A DNA stretch of 63,431 nt, the filler included, from Chiloscyllium plagiosum (taxonomy: Eukaryota): NCBI RefSeq assembly GCF_004010195.1. It is 6 parts of one record of this genome, joined end to end, with 100 filler letters (N's around TTAATTAATTAA, not from the genome) between each part and the next. Parts side by side here need not be neighbours in the genome. Positions count along the whole stretch, not along the records: positions 1 to 27,143 come from NC_057710.1; 5 more parts are not named here. One strand, given 5' to 3'. The notes under the pieces are model-generated. The model did not search any database, was not told where the DNA came from, and saw only the letters and a program-made list of their open reading frames with translations. Positions 13,078 through 26,420 of this stretch are shown in pieces (within the stretch, counting starts at the first letter, position 1; each line of letters opens with the position of its first letter). A program made the translations under genes and the position numbers.

Positions 13078-16000
13078 CATAGAACATAGAACATTACAGC
13101 GCAGTACAGGCCCTTCGGCCCTCGATGTTGCGCCGCCCTGTCATACCAATCTGAAGCCCATCTAACCTACACTATTCCATGTACGTCCATTTGCCTGTCC
13201 AATGACGACTTGAATGCACTTAAAGTTGGCGAATCTACGACCGTTGCAGGCAAAGCATTCCACACCCTTACTACTCTCTGAATAAAGAAACTACCTCTGA
13301 CATCTGTCCTATATCTATCACCCCCTCAATTTAAAGCTATGCTCCCTCATGCTCGCCGTCATCATTCTTGGAAAAAGGCTCTCCCTGTCCACCCTATCTA
13401 ACCCTCTGATTATNNNNNNNNNNNNNNNNNNNNNNNNNNNNNNNNNNNNNNNNNNNNNNNNNNNNNNNNNNNNNNNNNNNNNNNNNNNNNNNNNNNNNNN
13501 NNNNNNNNNNNNNNNNNNNNNNNNNNNNNNNNNNNNNNNNNNNNNNNNNNNNNNNNNNNNNNNNNNNNNNNNNNNNNNNNNNNNNNNNNNNNNNNNNNNN
13601 NNNNNNNNNNNNNNNNNNNNNNNNNNNNNNNNNNNNNNNNNNNNNNNNNNNNNNNNNNNNNNNNNNNNNNNNNNNNNNNNNNNNNNNNNNNNNNNNNNNN
13701 NNNNNNNNNNNNNNNNNNNNNNNNNNTACTTTGCATTCCGGTTACTCCGACCAAAGTGAATCACCTCACACTTGTCTGCATTAAACTCCTTTTTCCACCT
13801 CTCAGCCCAGCTCTGCAGCTTATCTATGTCTCTCTGTAACCTACAACATCCTTCGTCACTATCCACAACTCCACCGACCTTAGTGTCGTCTGCGAATTTA
13901 CTAACCCACCCTTCTACGCCCTCACCCAGGTTGTTTATAAAAATGACGAACAGCAGTGGACCCAACACCGACCCTTGCGGTAGACCACTGGTAACTGGAC
14001 ACCAGGATGAACATTTCCCATCAACCACCACCCTCTGTCTTCTTCCAGCAAGCCAATTACTGATCCAAACTGCTATATCTCCCACAATCCCATTCCTCCA
14101 CATATTGTACAAGAGCCTACTGTGGGGAACCTTATCGAACACCTTGCTGAAATCCATATACACCACATCAACTGGTTTACTCTCATCTATCTGTTTGGTC
14201 ACCTTCTCAAAGAACTCAATAAGGTTTATGAGGCACTACCTACCCTTCACAAAACCGTGCTGACTATCCCTAATCAAATTATTATTTTCGAGATGATTAA
14301 TAAATCCTATCTCTTATAACCATTTCCAACATTTTACCAACAACTGAAGTAAGGCTCACTGGTCTATAGTTACCAGGGTTGTCTCTAATCCCCTTCTTGA
14401 ACAGGGGAACCACATTTGCTATCCTCCAGTCTTCTGGCACTATTCCTGTAGACAATGACGATTTAAAGACCAATGTCAAAGGCTCAGCAATCTCCTCCCT
14501 GGCTTCCCAGAGGATCCTCGGATAAATCCCGTCCGGCCCAGGTGATTTATCTATTTTCACACTCTGCAGGATTTCTAATACCTCTTCCTTGTGAACCTCA
14601 ATCACACCTAGTCTGGTAGCCTGGATCTCAGTATTCTCCTCAACATTGTTGTTTTCTAGAGTGAATACTTTCGAAAAATATTAATTTAGTCCTCTAACTC
14701 CACACACAACTTCCCACTACTATCCTTGATTGGCCCTAACCTTACTCTCGTCATTCTTTTATTCCTTAAATACCTATAGAAAGCCTTAGGGTTTACCCTG
14801 ATCCTATCCGCCAACAACTTCTCATGTCTCCTCCTGGCTCTTCTGAGCTCTCTCTTTAGGTCTTTCCTGGCTACCTTGTAACTCTCAAGCACCCTAACTG
14901 AACCTTCACATCTCATCCTAACACTAGCCTTCTTCTTCCTCTTGACCAGAGATTCCAATCTCTTCGTAAACCTCCCTGCCTGACAGGTACATACTTATCT
15001 AGGACACACAGGAGCTTTTCCTTGAATAAGCTCCACATTTCTAATATGCCCATCCCCTGCAGTTTCCTTCCCCATCCTATGCTTCCTAAATCTTGCCTAA
15101 TCATATCATAATTGCCTTTCCCCCAGCTGTAACTCTTGCCCAATGGTATACACATATCCCTTTCTATCACTAAAGTAAACATAACAGAATTGTGATCGCT
15201 ATCACCAAAGTGCTCACCTACTTCCAAGTCTAACACCTGGCCAGGCTCAATACCCAGTACCAAATCTAATGTGGCTAGTTGACCTGTCTACAGACTGTGT
15301 CAGGAAGCCCTCCTGCACACACTGNNNNNNNNNNNNNNNNNNNNNNNNNNNNNNNNNNNNNNNNNNNNNNNNNNNNNNNNNNNNNNNNNNNNNNNNNNNN
15401 NNNNNNNNNNNNNNNNNNNNNNNNNNNNNNNNNNNNNNNNNNNNNNNNNNNNNNNNNNNNNNNNNNNNNNNNNNNNNNNNNNNNNNNNNNNNNNNNNNNN
15501 NNNNNNNNNNNNNNNNNNNNNNNNNNNNNNNNNNNNNNNNNNNNNNNNNNNNNNNNNNNNNNNNNNNNNNNNNNNNNNNNNNNNNNNNNNNNNNNNCTCC
15601 CTACTCTCAACCTTTTCTATACTTGAACTACAATTTTGGTTCCCATCCCCCTGCTAGATTAGTTTAAACCCATCCCAATAGCCTTAGCAAATCTCCCCCC
15701 CCAGGATGAAGACCATCCTGCTTGTAGAGGTCCCACCTACCCCAGAAAGAGCTCCAATTATCCAAGAATCCAAAACCCTCCCTCCTGCACCATCCCCATA
15801 GCCACGTGTTCAACTCCTCTCTCTCTCTATTCCTCGCCTCACTAACACGTGGCACGGGCAACAAACCAGAGACAACAACTCTGTTCATCCTTGCTCTAAG
15901 CTTCCATCCTATCTCCCTGAATTTCTGTCTTAAATCCCCATCTCTCTTCCTACCTATGTCGTTGGTGCCTATGTGGTCCATGACTTGGGGCTGCCCCCCG

Positions 16001-16200
16001 CCCCTCCCCCTTAAGGATCCCAAAAACACGATCAGAGACAGCACAAACCCTGGCCCCTGGGAGGCAACACACCCACCGTGAGTGTCTCTCATCCCCACAG
16101 AACCTCCTATCTGTCCCCCTAACTATGGAGTCCCCAATGACTACTGCTCTGCTCCTCTTCCCCTTCCCTTCTGAGCAACAGGGACAGACTCTGTGCCAGA
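13078..16200 (-). mobile_element. Long CR1 LINE: ORF1 SGNH-esterase domain, ORF2 endonuclease/RT and 3' tail (two N gaps inside)
   Basis: ORF1 HIGTNDIG...SGLLPVPR...LYKQDGLH; RT PQGSVLGPLLF and KFADDTK; tail GGGCCGAAGGGCCTGT plus microsatellite. Confidence 0.93.
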
Positions 16201-16459
16201 GTCAAGCATGCATTCATCCTGAATATTCTATCATTCCTACTCTGACTTGCCTGTGGCACTGGTAGCAATCTTGAGGTTACTACCTCTGAGATCCTACTTT
16301 TTAACTTGATTCCTAACTGCCTAAATTTTGCTTGTAGGACCTCATCCCATCTATTACCAATATCATTGGTGCCTGTATGCTGTTCACCCTCCCCCTTCAG
16401 AATGTCCTGCAGCCGATCTGAGACATCCCGAACCTGAGCACCTGGGAGGAAACATACCT

Positions 16460-17060
16460 TAACATCCCATAGAGGAATTGAATTCCGGTGCCACAATATC
16501 ATGCTGTAACTATACAAAATGCCAGTGCGGCCAGACTTGGAATATTGTGTACAGTTCTGGTCGCCATACTTCAGGAAGGATATAGAAGCACTGGAAAAAG
16601 TGTAGAGGAGATTTACCAGAATGTTGCCTGGTCTGGAGGGAAAGTCTTATGAGGACAGGCTGAGAGACTTGGGTCTGTTCTCATTGGAGAGAAGAAGGCT
16701 AAGGGGGGATTTGATAGAGACATACAAGATAATCAGAGGATTAGATAGGGTAGACAGTGAAAGTCTTTTTACTAGGATGATGACGTCAGCTTGTAAAAGG
16801 GGACATAGCTACAAATTGAAGGGTGATAGATTTAAGACAGATGTCAGAGGTCGGTTCTTTACTCAGCGGATGGTAAGGGTGTGGAATGCCCTGCCTTCCA
16901 ATGTAATTAATTCAGCCAAATGAGGGAGATTTAAACAACCCTTGGATAAGCACATGGATGATGATGGATAGTGTAGGGGGATGAGCTGAGAATAGTCCAC
17001 AGGTCAGCGCAACATTAAGGGCCGAAGGGCCTGTTCCGAACTGTATTGTTCTATATTCTA
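16460..17060 (+). mobile_element. CR1 LINE 3' fragment
   Basis: [38 protein letters not shown] and the 3' stem-loop tail. Confidence 0.9.
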
Positions 17061-17394
17061 CCATCCCTTCCTTGCCTCAGTGGGACAAACCTTTCCAGCA
17101 CGATCAGCAAGTGCTCCCTAAACAACCTCCAAATTTCTGTCACGCCTTTCCCGAAGATCATCTGCTCCCAATTTATGCTCCACAGTGCCTGCCTATTAGC
17201 ATTTTAATTCTCCCTCCCCCAATTAAATGCTTTCCCATATAATCTGCTCCTATCCCGCTCCATTACTTTCGTAAAGGTCAGGGAGTTGTGATCACTATCA
17301 CTGAAATGCTAATCACTATCCCACTGAGAGATCTGACACCTGGCATGGTTCGTTGCCAAGCACCAAATCCAGTGTAAATGGCATGTTAAAAAAA

Positions 17395-17700
17395 AGTGGT
17401 TAGCACTGCTGCTTCACAGCGCCAGGGACCCAGGTTCGATTCCTGCCTTTGGCGACTGACTGTGTGGAGTTTGCACATTCTCCCTGTGTCTGTGTGGGTT
17501 TCCTCCTGGTGCTCTGATTTCCTCCCACAGCCCAAAGATATGCAGAATTGGCCAGCTATAATGCCCATAGTGTTAGGTGCGTTAATCAGGGTTAAATATA
17601 GGGTAGGGCAATGGGTATGGGTGGGTTACACTTCAGAGGGTGGACATGTTGGGCTGAAGGGCCTGTTTTCATACTGTAGGGAATCTAATCAATCTGATCT
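17395..17700 (+). mobile_element. HE1/V-SINE
   Basis: GTGGTTAGCACTGCTGC..GGTTCGATTCC, V-domain and tail. Confidence 0.88.
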
Positions 17701-17946
17701 TCCCTCTAGTCGGCCTATATACATATTGAGTCCTGAACCTCTCCTGGATACCATCTGCTCCATCCAAACTATTTGACCAAAAGAGGTTCCAAACAATATT
17801 CAGGAAGTTAAAATAACCCATGACAACAACCCTGTTACTTCTTCACCTTTCCAAAATCTGCCTCCCAAACTGCTCCTCCGTGTCTCTGTTACTGTTTAGA
17901 TTAGATTACAGTGTGGAAACAGGCCCTTCGGCCCAACAAGTCCACA

Positions 17947-19200
17947 TGTCCCCTTCTAGCTCTCCTAAGTCCATTCTTCAGTTCCTTCCTGACTACCTTG
18001 TAACCCTCTAGAACCCTGTCTGATCCTTGCCTCCTCAATCTTAAGTAAGCTTCCCTCTTCCTCTTGACGAGATGTTCCACATCCCTTGTTACCCAAGGTT
18101 TCTTCACCCTGCCATCCCTTCCTTGCCTCAGTGGGACAAACCTATCCAACGAGTGCTCCCTAAACAACCTCCACATTTCTGTTGTGCATTTCCCTGAGAA
18201 TATCCGCTCCCAATGTAGGTGCCCCAGTTCCTGCCTAACAGCATTGAGTCAGGAACCCTTCCTAGTCACACATGACAAAAGCTACTCTATCCAAACTATT
18301 TGACCAAAAGAGGTTCCAAACAATATTCAGGAAGTTAAAATAACCCATGACAACAACCCTGTTACTTCTTCACCTTTCCAAAATCTGCCTCCCAAACTGC
18401 TCCTCCGTGTCTCTGTTACTGTTGGGGGTCTGTAGATAACTCCCAATAAAGTGACTGCTCCTTTCCTGTTCCTGACTTCCACCCATACTGACTCTGTAGA
18501 CAAACCCTCCTCGAAAACCTCCCTTTCTGCAGCTGTGATACTATCCCTGATGAGCAATGCCACTCCTCCACCTCTTTTACCTCCCTCTCTATTCCTTTTG
18601 AAACATCTAAACCCTGGAACATCCAACAACCATTCCTGCCCCAGTGAGGTCCAAGTCTCCGTAATGGCCACAACATCATCGTTCCAAGTACGGATCCATG
18701 CTCTGAGTTCATCACCCTTATTCCTGACACTTTTTGTGATAAAATAAACACACTTCAACCCATCACACTGACTGTATCTTTGCCCTATCAGGTGCCTATC
18801 CCACCTCACAGACTCTCTGTTCTCTGTCTCTGGCTGCTCACTACCCACCCCATCCTCTGATCCATCGCTCAGGTTTCCTCCCCCCCTCCAATCTAGTTTA
18901 ACCCCTCCCAAAGAGTTCTCGCAAGCCTCCCACCCAAGGTATTGCTGCCCCTCCTGTTCAGGTGCAACCTGTCCTTCTTGTACACGTCCCACCTTCCCTA
19001 GACCTATCCCAGTGATCCACATATCTGAAGCTCTCCCTCCCACAGCAGCCCTGCAGCCACATGTTCACCTGCACTCGCTCTCTATTCCTAGCCTCACTAG
19101 CCCGTGGCACTGGTAGCAATCCTGAGATTACTACTCTGCTCGTCCTGCCTTCTAGCTTCCACCCTAACTCCTTTCTATGTCATTGGTACTGATGTGTACC
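17947..19200 (-). mobile_element. CR1 LINE ORF1 end and ORF2 endonuclease fragments
   Basis: LKCVYF..SVRNKGDELRAWI..DVVAITETW...GGGVALLI..IYRPP. Confidence 0.9.
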
Positions 19201-19301
19201 ACAGATTGGATATAAATGCCTCTGATCCTGACTGGCTGATATTGACAAATGGTTTCCATGGATACAGTAACAACAATAACCTTCTTTTCTGTCATTTCCA
19301 G

Positions 19302-19379
19302 GCCTGCAAGGATAAAAAATGTGTTGATATAGGCCAGTTTGGTGTCGAACCATGTGAAAGGAGATGTAATGGCAGAGGG
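19302..19379 (+). CDS. ADAM exon: end of cysteine-rich domain and start of EGF-like domain
   Basis: Acceptor ttttctgtcatttccag| and donor |gtatga. 78 nt, phase 0-0. ACKDKKCVDIGQFGVEPCERRCNGRG aligns without gaps to ADAM12 ICLNRQCQNISVFGVHECAMQCHGRG. Confidence 0.93.
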
Positions 19380-20776
19380 GTATGAACATAATTTCACTTT
19401 TCAGTCCTGATGGATTCATTGGATGCACAATGTTGTCTGATGATGTTATTAAGTTTCTTCTTAAACTCTCTCCCTGGAGGCAGCTCCTTGATGATTATTT
19501 GCAGAAGTGTGGGGAAATGGTCTGAATTTTGACCATATTTTCAGTGAGGAGGCAGTCTCCTTCTCTACTACAGCATGACAAGTGATCAAACATGATGCTA
19601 TTGGTGCTCATCGAAACCACATGTTACTGGGCATGAGCCCATTGTGAGGTTAATTTAGAGGTTATTGGTTTTGCCTCTGATGGAGCATGATGTGTAATTC
19701 TTGTGCTATCCTTCAATGATGCTGGATTTATCTGACTGACAAAAAACATCAATGATTGGCGAGATGGAAGAAACTGGCCCTGGTTCTTAATTAGCACAGA
19801 GGACATTGAGGGGACATTGTTCCTAATTTTTTCCCAATCCTCAAACTCACTGGTCCATTTCACTTCACTTCTTCCCAAGACATCTCTGTTTTTGTTGTGG
19901 GGATTGAGTCATCAAATCATAGAATTCATACAGTGTGGAAGAAAGGCCATTTGGCCCTTCAAGTCTGCACTGATCCTCTGAGGACCATCCCTCCTAGACC
20001 AAGCCCTTCGCTTTATCCCCATAACCTTGCATGACCTGGACATTACATGGCAATTTAGCATGGCCAACCCACCTTAGTATCCACTAATATCCAATTCAGA
20101 GCGAGCTCACCTACCTCCTCACACCCTGTTTCCTGAAAGGTCTTCATTCCATTCTCCCAGTTTCTCTGTCTCTGTTGTGTCTGTTCTGATAGTGTTATCA
20201 CTCACACCAGCACTTCCCACATTTGTTTTTATTCACTTGTAGAACATTGGCTGGGTCCAGCATTTATTGTCTGTCCCTATTTGCCCCTTGAGAAGGTGGG
20301 GTTGAGCTGCCTTCCTGAACCACTGCAGTCTATGTGCTGTGGGTTGACCCATTTTGTCATGAGGGAGGGAATTCCAGGATTTTGAACCAATGACAGTGAA
20401 GGAACGATGATATATTTCCAAGTCAGGACCGTGAGAGGTTTGGAGAGGAGCATGAAGGGGATGGTGTTCCCATGTAGTGGAAATGGCAGTGAGGTTGGAA
20501 GGTGCTACAGTGTATCTTGTAGATGGTACACACTGCTGCTACTGAGCGTTGGTGGTAGAGGGAGTGGATGTTTGTGGATGTGGTGCCAATCAAGTGGGCT
20601 ATTTTCTCCTGGATTGTATCAAGCTTCTTGAGTGTTGTTGGAGCTGCACTCTTCTGGGCAAGTGGGGAGTATTCCATCATTCTCCGTACTTGTGCCTTGT
20701 AGATGGTGAAAAGGTTTTGGGGAGTCAGGAGGTGAGTTATTCTGACCTGCTTTTGGCACCATTGTGTTTATGTTAT

Positions 20777-21375
20777 CGAGTCATACAGATATACAGCACA
20801 GAAACAGACCCTTCGGTCCAACTCATCCATGCTGACCAGATATCCTAAATAAATCTAGTCCTATTTGCCAGCATCTGGCCCGTATCCCTCCAAACCCTTC
20901 CTATTCATATACCTATTCAGATACCTTTTAAATGTTGTAATTGCACCAGCCTCCAGCACTTCCTCTGGCAGCTCATTCCATACACAGGAAAAAGTTGCCC
21001 CTTAGGTCCCTTTTAAAACTTTCCCCTCTCACCCTAAACCTATGCCCTCTAGTTCTGGACTCCCCAACCCCAGGGAAAAGATCTTGACTGTTTATCCTAT
21101 TCATGCCCCTCATGATTTTATAAACCTCTATAAGGTCACCCCTCAGCCTCCGACGCTCCAGGGAAAACAGCCCCAGCCTGTTCAGCCTCTCCCTATAGCA
21201 CAGATCCTCCAACCCTGGCAACATCCTTGGAAATCTTTTCTGAACCCTTTCAAATTTCGCAATATCTTTCCAATAGGAAGGAGACCAGAACTGAATGCAA
21301 TATTCCAAAAGTGGCCTAACCAATGTCTTGTACACCTCCCAATCAATGTATTCAATGCACTGACCAATAAAGTTA
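20777..21375 (-). mobile_element. CR1 LINE 3' fragment
   Basis: YKTLVRPLLEYCIQFWSP...RRLRGDLIEVYKIM. Confidence 0.9.
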
Positions 21376-21394
21376 AAAATGACACAACATCAGG

Positions 21395-21690
21395 TTATGG
21401 ATTCTGGATCAGTGGTGCTGGAAGAGCACAGCAGTTCAGGCAGCATCCAAGGACCAGCGAAATCGACGTTTCGGGCAAAAGCCCTTCATCAGGAATAAAG
21501 GCAGTGAGCCTGAAGGGTGGAGAGATAAGCTTGAGGAGGGTGGGGGTGGGGAGAAACTGTTGAAGTCCACATTGATGCCCTGGGGTTGAAGTGTTCCGAG
21601 GTGGAAGATGAGGCGTTCTTCCTCCAGGCATCTGGTGGTGAGGGAGCGGTGGTGAAGGAGGCCCAGGACCTCCATGTCCTCGGCAGAAAG
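21395..21690 (-). mobile_element. Penelope-like element 3' end (GIY-YIG C-terminus and pLTR)
   Basis: EDMEVLGLLH...LEEERLIFHLGTLQPQGINVDF followed by a hammerhead motif. Confidence 0.85.
21465..21492 (-). ncRNA. Minimal hammerhead ribozyme motif, intact core
   Basis: Identical to the 8944-8971 motif and located just 3' of the GIY-YIG ORF end. Confidence 0.7.
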
Positions 21691-22024
21691 GTCTAGCTTT
21701 TCTAACAATAGGTGACAGCTCAGCTCAGACAATGCATGAAGGTGTGAGGTCTGTCTATGTCCCAATGTTAGGTTAGACTGGTTTGATTTCTAAAGTGGAT
21801 TTACAGAGTTTTACGTGGATTCATGCAGTTTGTGAGCAAAACAAAATGTAATTCTGCAAAAAGAAATTGACTCCATAAATGTGTACGTGTGCGCCTGTAA
21901 GAGAGACAGAGTGAGTGTGTGCATGTGAGTGCATGTGTGTGGATGTGAGTGCATGTGATAGAGTGTGTGTGTATATATGTGTGTCTATAGGCTTGGTTAA
22001 ATGTGTGTGTGAGTGATAGAGGGA

Positions 22025-22510
22025 TGGTCATTGATGAATTAGCTGAAGATGGTTGGGCCCAGGACACTACCCTGAGGGACTCCTGCAGAGATGTCCTGGA
22101 GCTGAGATGACTGACCCTCCATCAACCACAACCATCTTCCTATGTCTCAGGTTTGACTCTAACCACCAAAGAGTATGCCTCCTTATGCCCATCGATTCCA
22201 GTTTTGCCCAGGCTCCTTGATGCCACACTCTGTTGAATGCAGCCTTGATGTCAGGGCTGTCCCTCTCCCCTCCCCTCTGGAATCCAGCTCTTTTGTCCGT
22301 GTTTGACCCAAGGCTGGAATGAGGTCAGGAGCTGAGTGACCCTGGGGGAACCCAAACTGGGCGTCACTGAGCAGGTTATTGCTGAGCAGGTGCTGCTTGA
22401 TAGCTCTGTTGATGACCCCTTCCATCACTTTACTGATGATGGAGAGTAGGCTGATGGGGCGGTAATTGATCAGGTTGGATTTGTCCTGTTTTTTATGCAC
22501 AGGACATATG
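22025..22510 (-). mobile_element. Second CR1-clade LINE family, RT fragment (related pieces at 20235-20730 minus, 51630-52795 plus, 58700-59300 minus)
   Basis: HKKQDKSN..NYRPISLLSIISKVMEG..DAQFGF..GHSAPDLI. Confidence 0.85.
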
Positions 22511-23759
22511 TGAGCAATCCGAAAGTGGAGTCCCAGGTAAACAAGGCAGTGAAAAAGGTTTTTGGCACACCCGCCTTCATCAGTCAGGGCATTGGGTGTA
22601 GAAGTTGGGGAGTTATGTTGCAGTTATACAGGACATTGCTGAGGCTGCACTTGGAGGATTGTGTTCAGTTTTGGTCATCTTGCTATAGGAAGGATGTTAT
22701 TAAACTGGAAATAGTGCAAAAGAAATTTATATGGATGTTGCCTGGACTCAATGGTCTGAGTTACAGGGAGAGGTTGGACAAGCTGGGTCCTTTTTCTTTC
22801 AAGCTTAGGAAACTGAGGGAGGATCTTAAATTCATGTGGAATGAGCTGCCAGTGGAAATGATTGAGGCAGGTACATTAACAACATTGAAAAGGAATTTGG
22901 ACAAATACATGGATACAAAAGGTTGACAAGGATCTGGGCCAACAGCAGGGAAATGGAATTAGTGTGGATGGACATTTTGGTTGGCATGGAGCAGTTTAGG
23001 CTAAAGGGCCTGTCTCTGTGAATTAGGACCCTATGACTCTATAACTCGAAGAAAGATTTAAAAGGGATTAGAGGGGGCAATGTTTTCACACAGAGAGTGA
23101 TTTGTATATGGAATGAAATATCAGAGGAAGTGGTGGTTGCAGGTACAATCAGACTTAAAAGCTATTTGGACATGAACACAAACATCAAAGGATTAGAGAG
23201 ATAGAATGCACCTAAACACCTAAAATACCTCACAAAAGGAGCAGCTCTTACAGCCACAATTTTTCCCGTCCTCCATCTTGGATTACCCAGAATCCTTTAA
23301 TCCCTAGATTAAATTGGAAAGCTTATTCGGCATAGACGGATTGAATGTAAGGATGTGTTTCCATGCTCCATGACTCTATGGTATGTGTGATGCTGGGCCC
23401 ACTGGAGACAGCAATGAAGGACCATTCACACAGCACTTCTGGCTGAAGATTTTTCCTTAACTGAAGCGTCCCTCAACAATGTCTAATTTATTTCACACAC
23501 CTCTACTCTTCCTCCTTCCTCTCCCTCCCAGAACATGAGAAGGCTCCCCACGTTCTCACCTTCAACTGGATCCAGCCACTGCATCCAAAGGATCAGCCTC
23601 ATACATTTCTGTTACCTCCAGTAGGTTGCCACCAGCAAACCACCTTTCCTTTTCTTTCGCTTTCAGCATTCTGCAGGGTTCGTTCCCTGTCTGGCAATCA
23701 AGTTCACTCCTCGATCACCCTTTACAAAAATTCTGTATCTTCAGCAAGCAATGGAGATA

Positions 23760-25835
23760 GAGCATAAAACATAGAACAGTACGGGCCCTTTGGCCCTCGA
23801 TGCAGGGCTGAGCATTTATCTTCATCTAAGACCCATCTAACCTACACACCCCTCAATTTACTGCCGCCTATGTGCCTATCCAAGAGTCACTTAAATATCC
23901 CTAATGTCTTTGACTCTACTCCTACCGCTGGCAGTGCATTCCACACACCCACCACTCTCTATTAAAGAACCTCCCTCTGACATTTCTCCTATACCTTCCT
24001 CTAATCACCTTAAAATTATGACCTGTTATCATTTCTGCCATGGGGAAAAGTCTCTGGCTACCTACTCTTTCTATGCCTCTCATTACCTTGTACATCTCTA
24101 TCAAGAGTGTTGCTGGAAAAGCACAGCAGTTCAGGCAGCATCCGAGGAGCAGAAAATCAACGTTTCGGGCAGAAGCCCTTCATCAGGAATCTGGTACCAG
24201 CATCTGCAGCCCTTGTTTTTACCCACCTCTATCAAGTCACCTGTCTTCCTTCTTCTCTCCGGTGTGAAAAGCCCAAGCTCACTCAACCTCTCTTCATGAG
24301 ACAAGCTCTCCAATTCAGGCAACATCCTGGTAAATCTCCTCTACACCCTCTCTTAAGCATCTACATCCTATAATGAGGCGACCAGAACTGGACACAATGT
24401 TCCAAGTGTGGTCTAACCAGGGTTTTGTAGAGCTGCAGCATTACCTCACAGTTTTTAAACTCAATCCCCCTGTTATTGAAAGCCAAAACACCATAAGCCT
24501 TCTCAACAACCCTATTGACTTGGGTGGCAACTTTGAGAGGTCTGTGTACGTGGACCCCAAGATCCCTCTGTTCCTCCACACTGCCAAGAATCTTACCTTT
24601 AACCCTGTATTCAGCATTCAAATTCAACCTTCTAAAATGAATCACTTCACATTTATCCAGGATGAACTCCATCTGCCACTTCTCAGCCCAGGTCTGCATC
24701 CTGTCAATGTCTTGTTGTAGTCTGCAAAAGCCCTCAACACTATCTACAACAACAGTGACCTTTGTGTCATCAGCAAACTTACTAGCCCACCCTTCCACTT
24801 CCTCATCCAAGTCATAGAGTCATGTACAGCACGGAAACAGACCCTTCTATGTCAACCAGTTATTCTAACCTAACTTAGTCCCATTTGCCAGCACTTGGCC
24901 CATATCCCTCCAAACCCTTCCTATTCATATACCCATACACATGCCTTTTAAATGTTGTAATTGTACCAGCCTCCACCACTTCCTCTGGCAGCTCATTTCA
25001 ACTATGCACCACCTTCTGCGTGATATAGTTGCCCCTTAGGTCTCTTTTATATCTTTCCCCTCCTACCCTAAATGTATGCCGTCTAATAATCCCCCACCCC
25101 AGGAAAAGACCTTGTCTATTTCCCTATCCATGTCCCTCATGATTTTATAAAACTCTGTAAGATCATCCCTCAGCCTCCAATGCTCCAGGAAACAAAGACC
25201 CAGCCTATTCATGAAGAACTTTGTCTAACGCCTTATGTAAGTCCATATAAAACTTTCCATCCAGTACCACTCACTGTCTTCTTTGAGCCAGCTAGTTCTG
25301 TGTCCAGACAGCCAAATATCTCTGTATTCCATACCTCTTAACTTGCTGAATGAGCTTACCATTCGGAACCTTATCAAATACCTTACTGAAATCCATATAC
25401 AGCACATCCACTGTTCAACCTTCGTCTCATCTCATCATATCCTCAAAGAACTCAATAAGGCATGTGAGACATGACCTGCCCCTCACAAAACCAAGCTGAC
25501 TATTCCAAGTCAAACTATGTTTTCCCAAATAGTCATAAATCCTATCTCTCAGAATCCTTTCCATTACCTTGCTTACCACAGATGTAAGACTGACCGGTCT
25601 GTAATTCCCAGGGATTTCCCTGCTCCCTCTCTTGAACAAAGGAACAACATTTTCCTCCCTCCACCATCCCGGTAGTACTCCCGTGGAAAGTTAGGATGCA
25701 AAGATCATCACCAGAGGTTCAGCAATTTCATTCCCTCACTTCCTGTAGTAACCTTGGATATATCTGGTCTGGCCCTGGGGACTTGATGCTTCCCAGAATT
25801 TTCAGCACATTCACTTCCTTCACATCAATCTGTTC
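23760..25835 (-). mobile_element. CR1 LINE(s) with nested insertions
   Basis: KFADDTK...[27 protein letters not shown] and KSPGPDQIYPR. Confidence 0.88.
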
Positions 25836-26025
25836 AGCTGCCCTGGTTACCTCCAACCTCCTCACTGTCCAAGGTCCCAAACATACCTTACCGCTGCATT
25901 CACTGAATCTCATCCTCTACACATTCACTGCTGGTCTCCTCTTCAGTGGTAAGACCAACCGCAGACTGGGTGAAACTCTCCAGCCCAGGCAAAATCCTGG
26001 GAAATCTGCTGTGCACCCTCTCCAG

Positions 26026-26420
26026 TGTTATGGACCAGATCAGAGACCACCCCACCACTCTCCAAAACATAAGCGATTGCTTAAGCCCTAGTTTTTATAT
26101 AGATGTAAAGGCAAGTGTAAGATGCTGTGTTCCAGATGTGATTTGATTCGTCCACCCACTTGGCTTTAATCAAGCACAGTTTATTCATACAACACAGATA
26201 AATGCAAAGAAAAGGTATAATCTTTACTCCATTGAAATACTTAAGATTTTATAACCACTCATCATTAACAGTTCCAAGATAAGCAGCATTCCACAAACAT
26301 ACCCTTTGGCAAGGCAACTCAGCAAAACAGTTCGGATTATCGCATGCTGTCTCTCTCTCCAGTCCAAAAGAAAGAAACAGTCTGTCTTTTTGGTTTTGTA
26401 GATGATGCCACACTCTCTAA
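26026..26420 (-). mobile_element. Possible truncated solo LTR
   Basis: Abrupt TGTTATGG start and an AATAAA on the minus strand near 26180. The other end is interrupted by a CR1 and no TSD is visible. Confidence 0.3.

Noticed and set aside
15664..16517. Host GDSL/SGNH esterase gene
   Set aside because: This is the known esterase domain of CR1 ORF1, directly upstream of CR1 ORF2.
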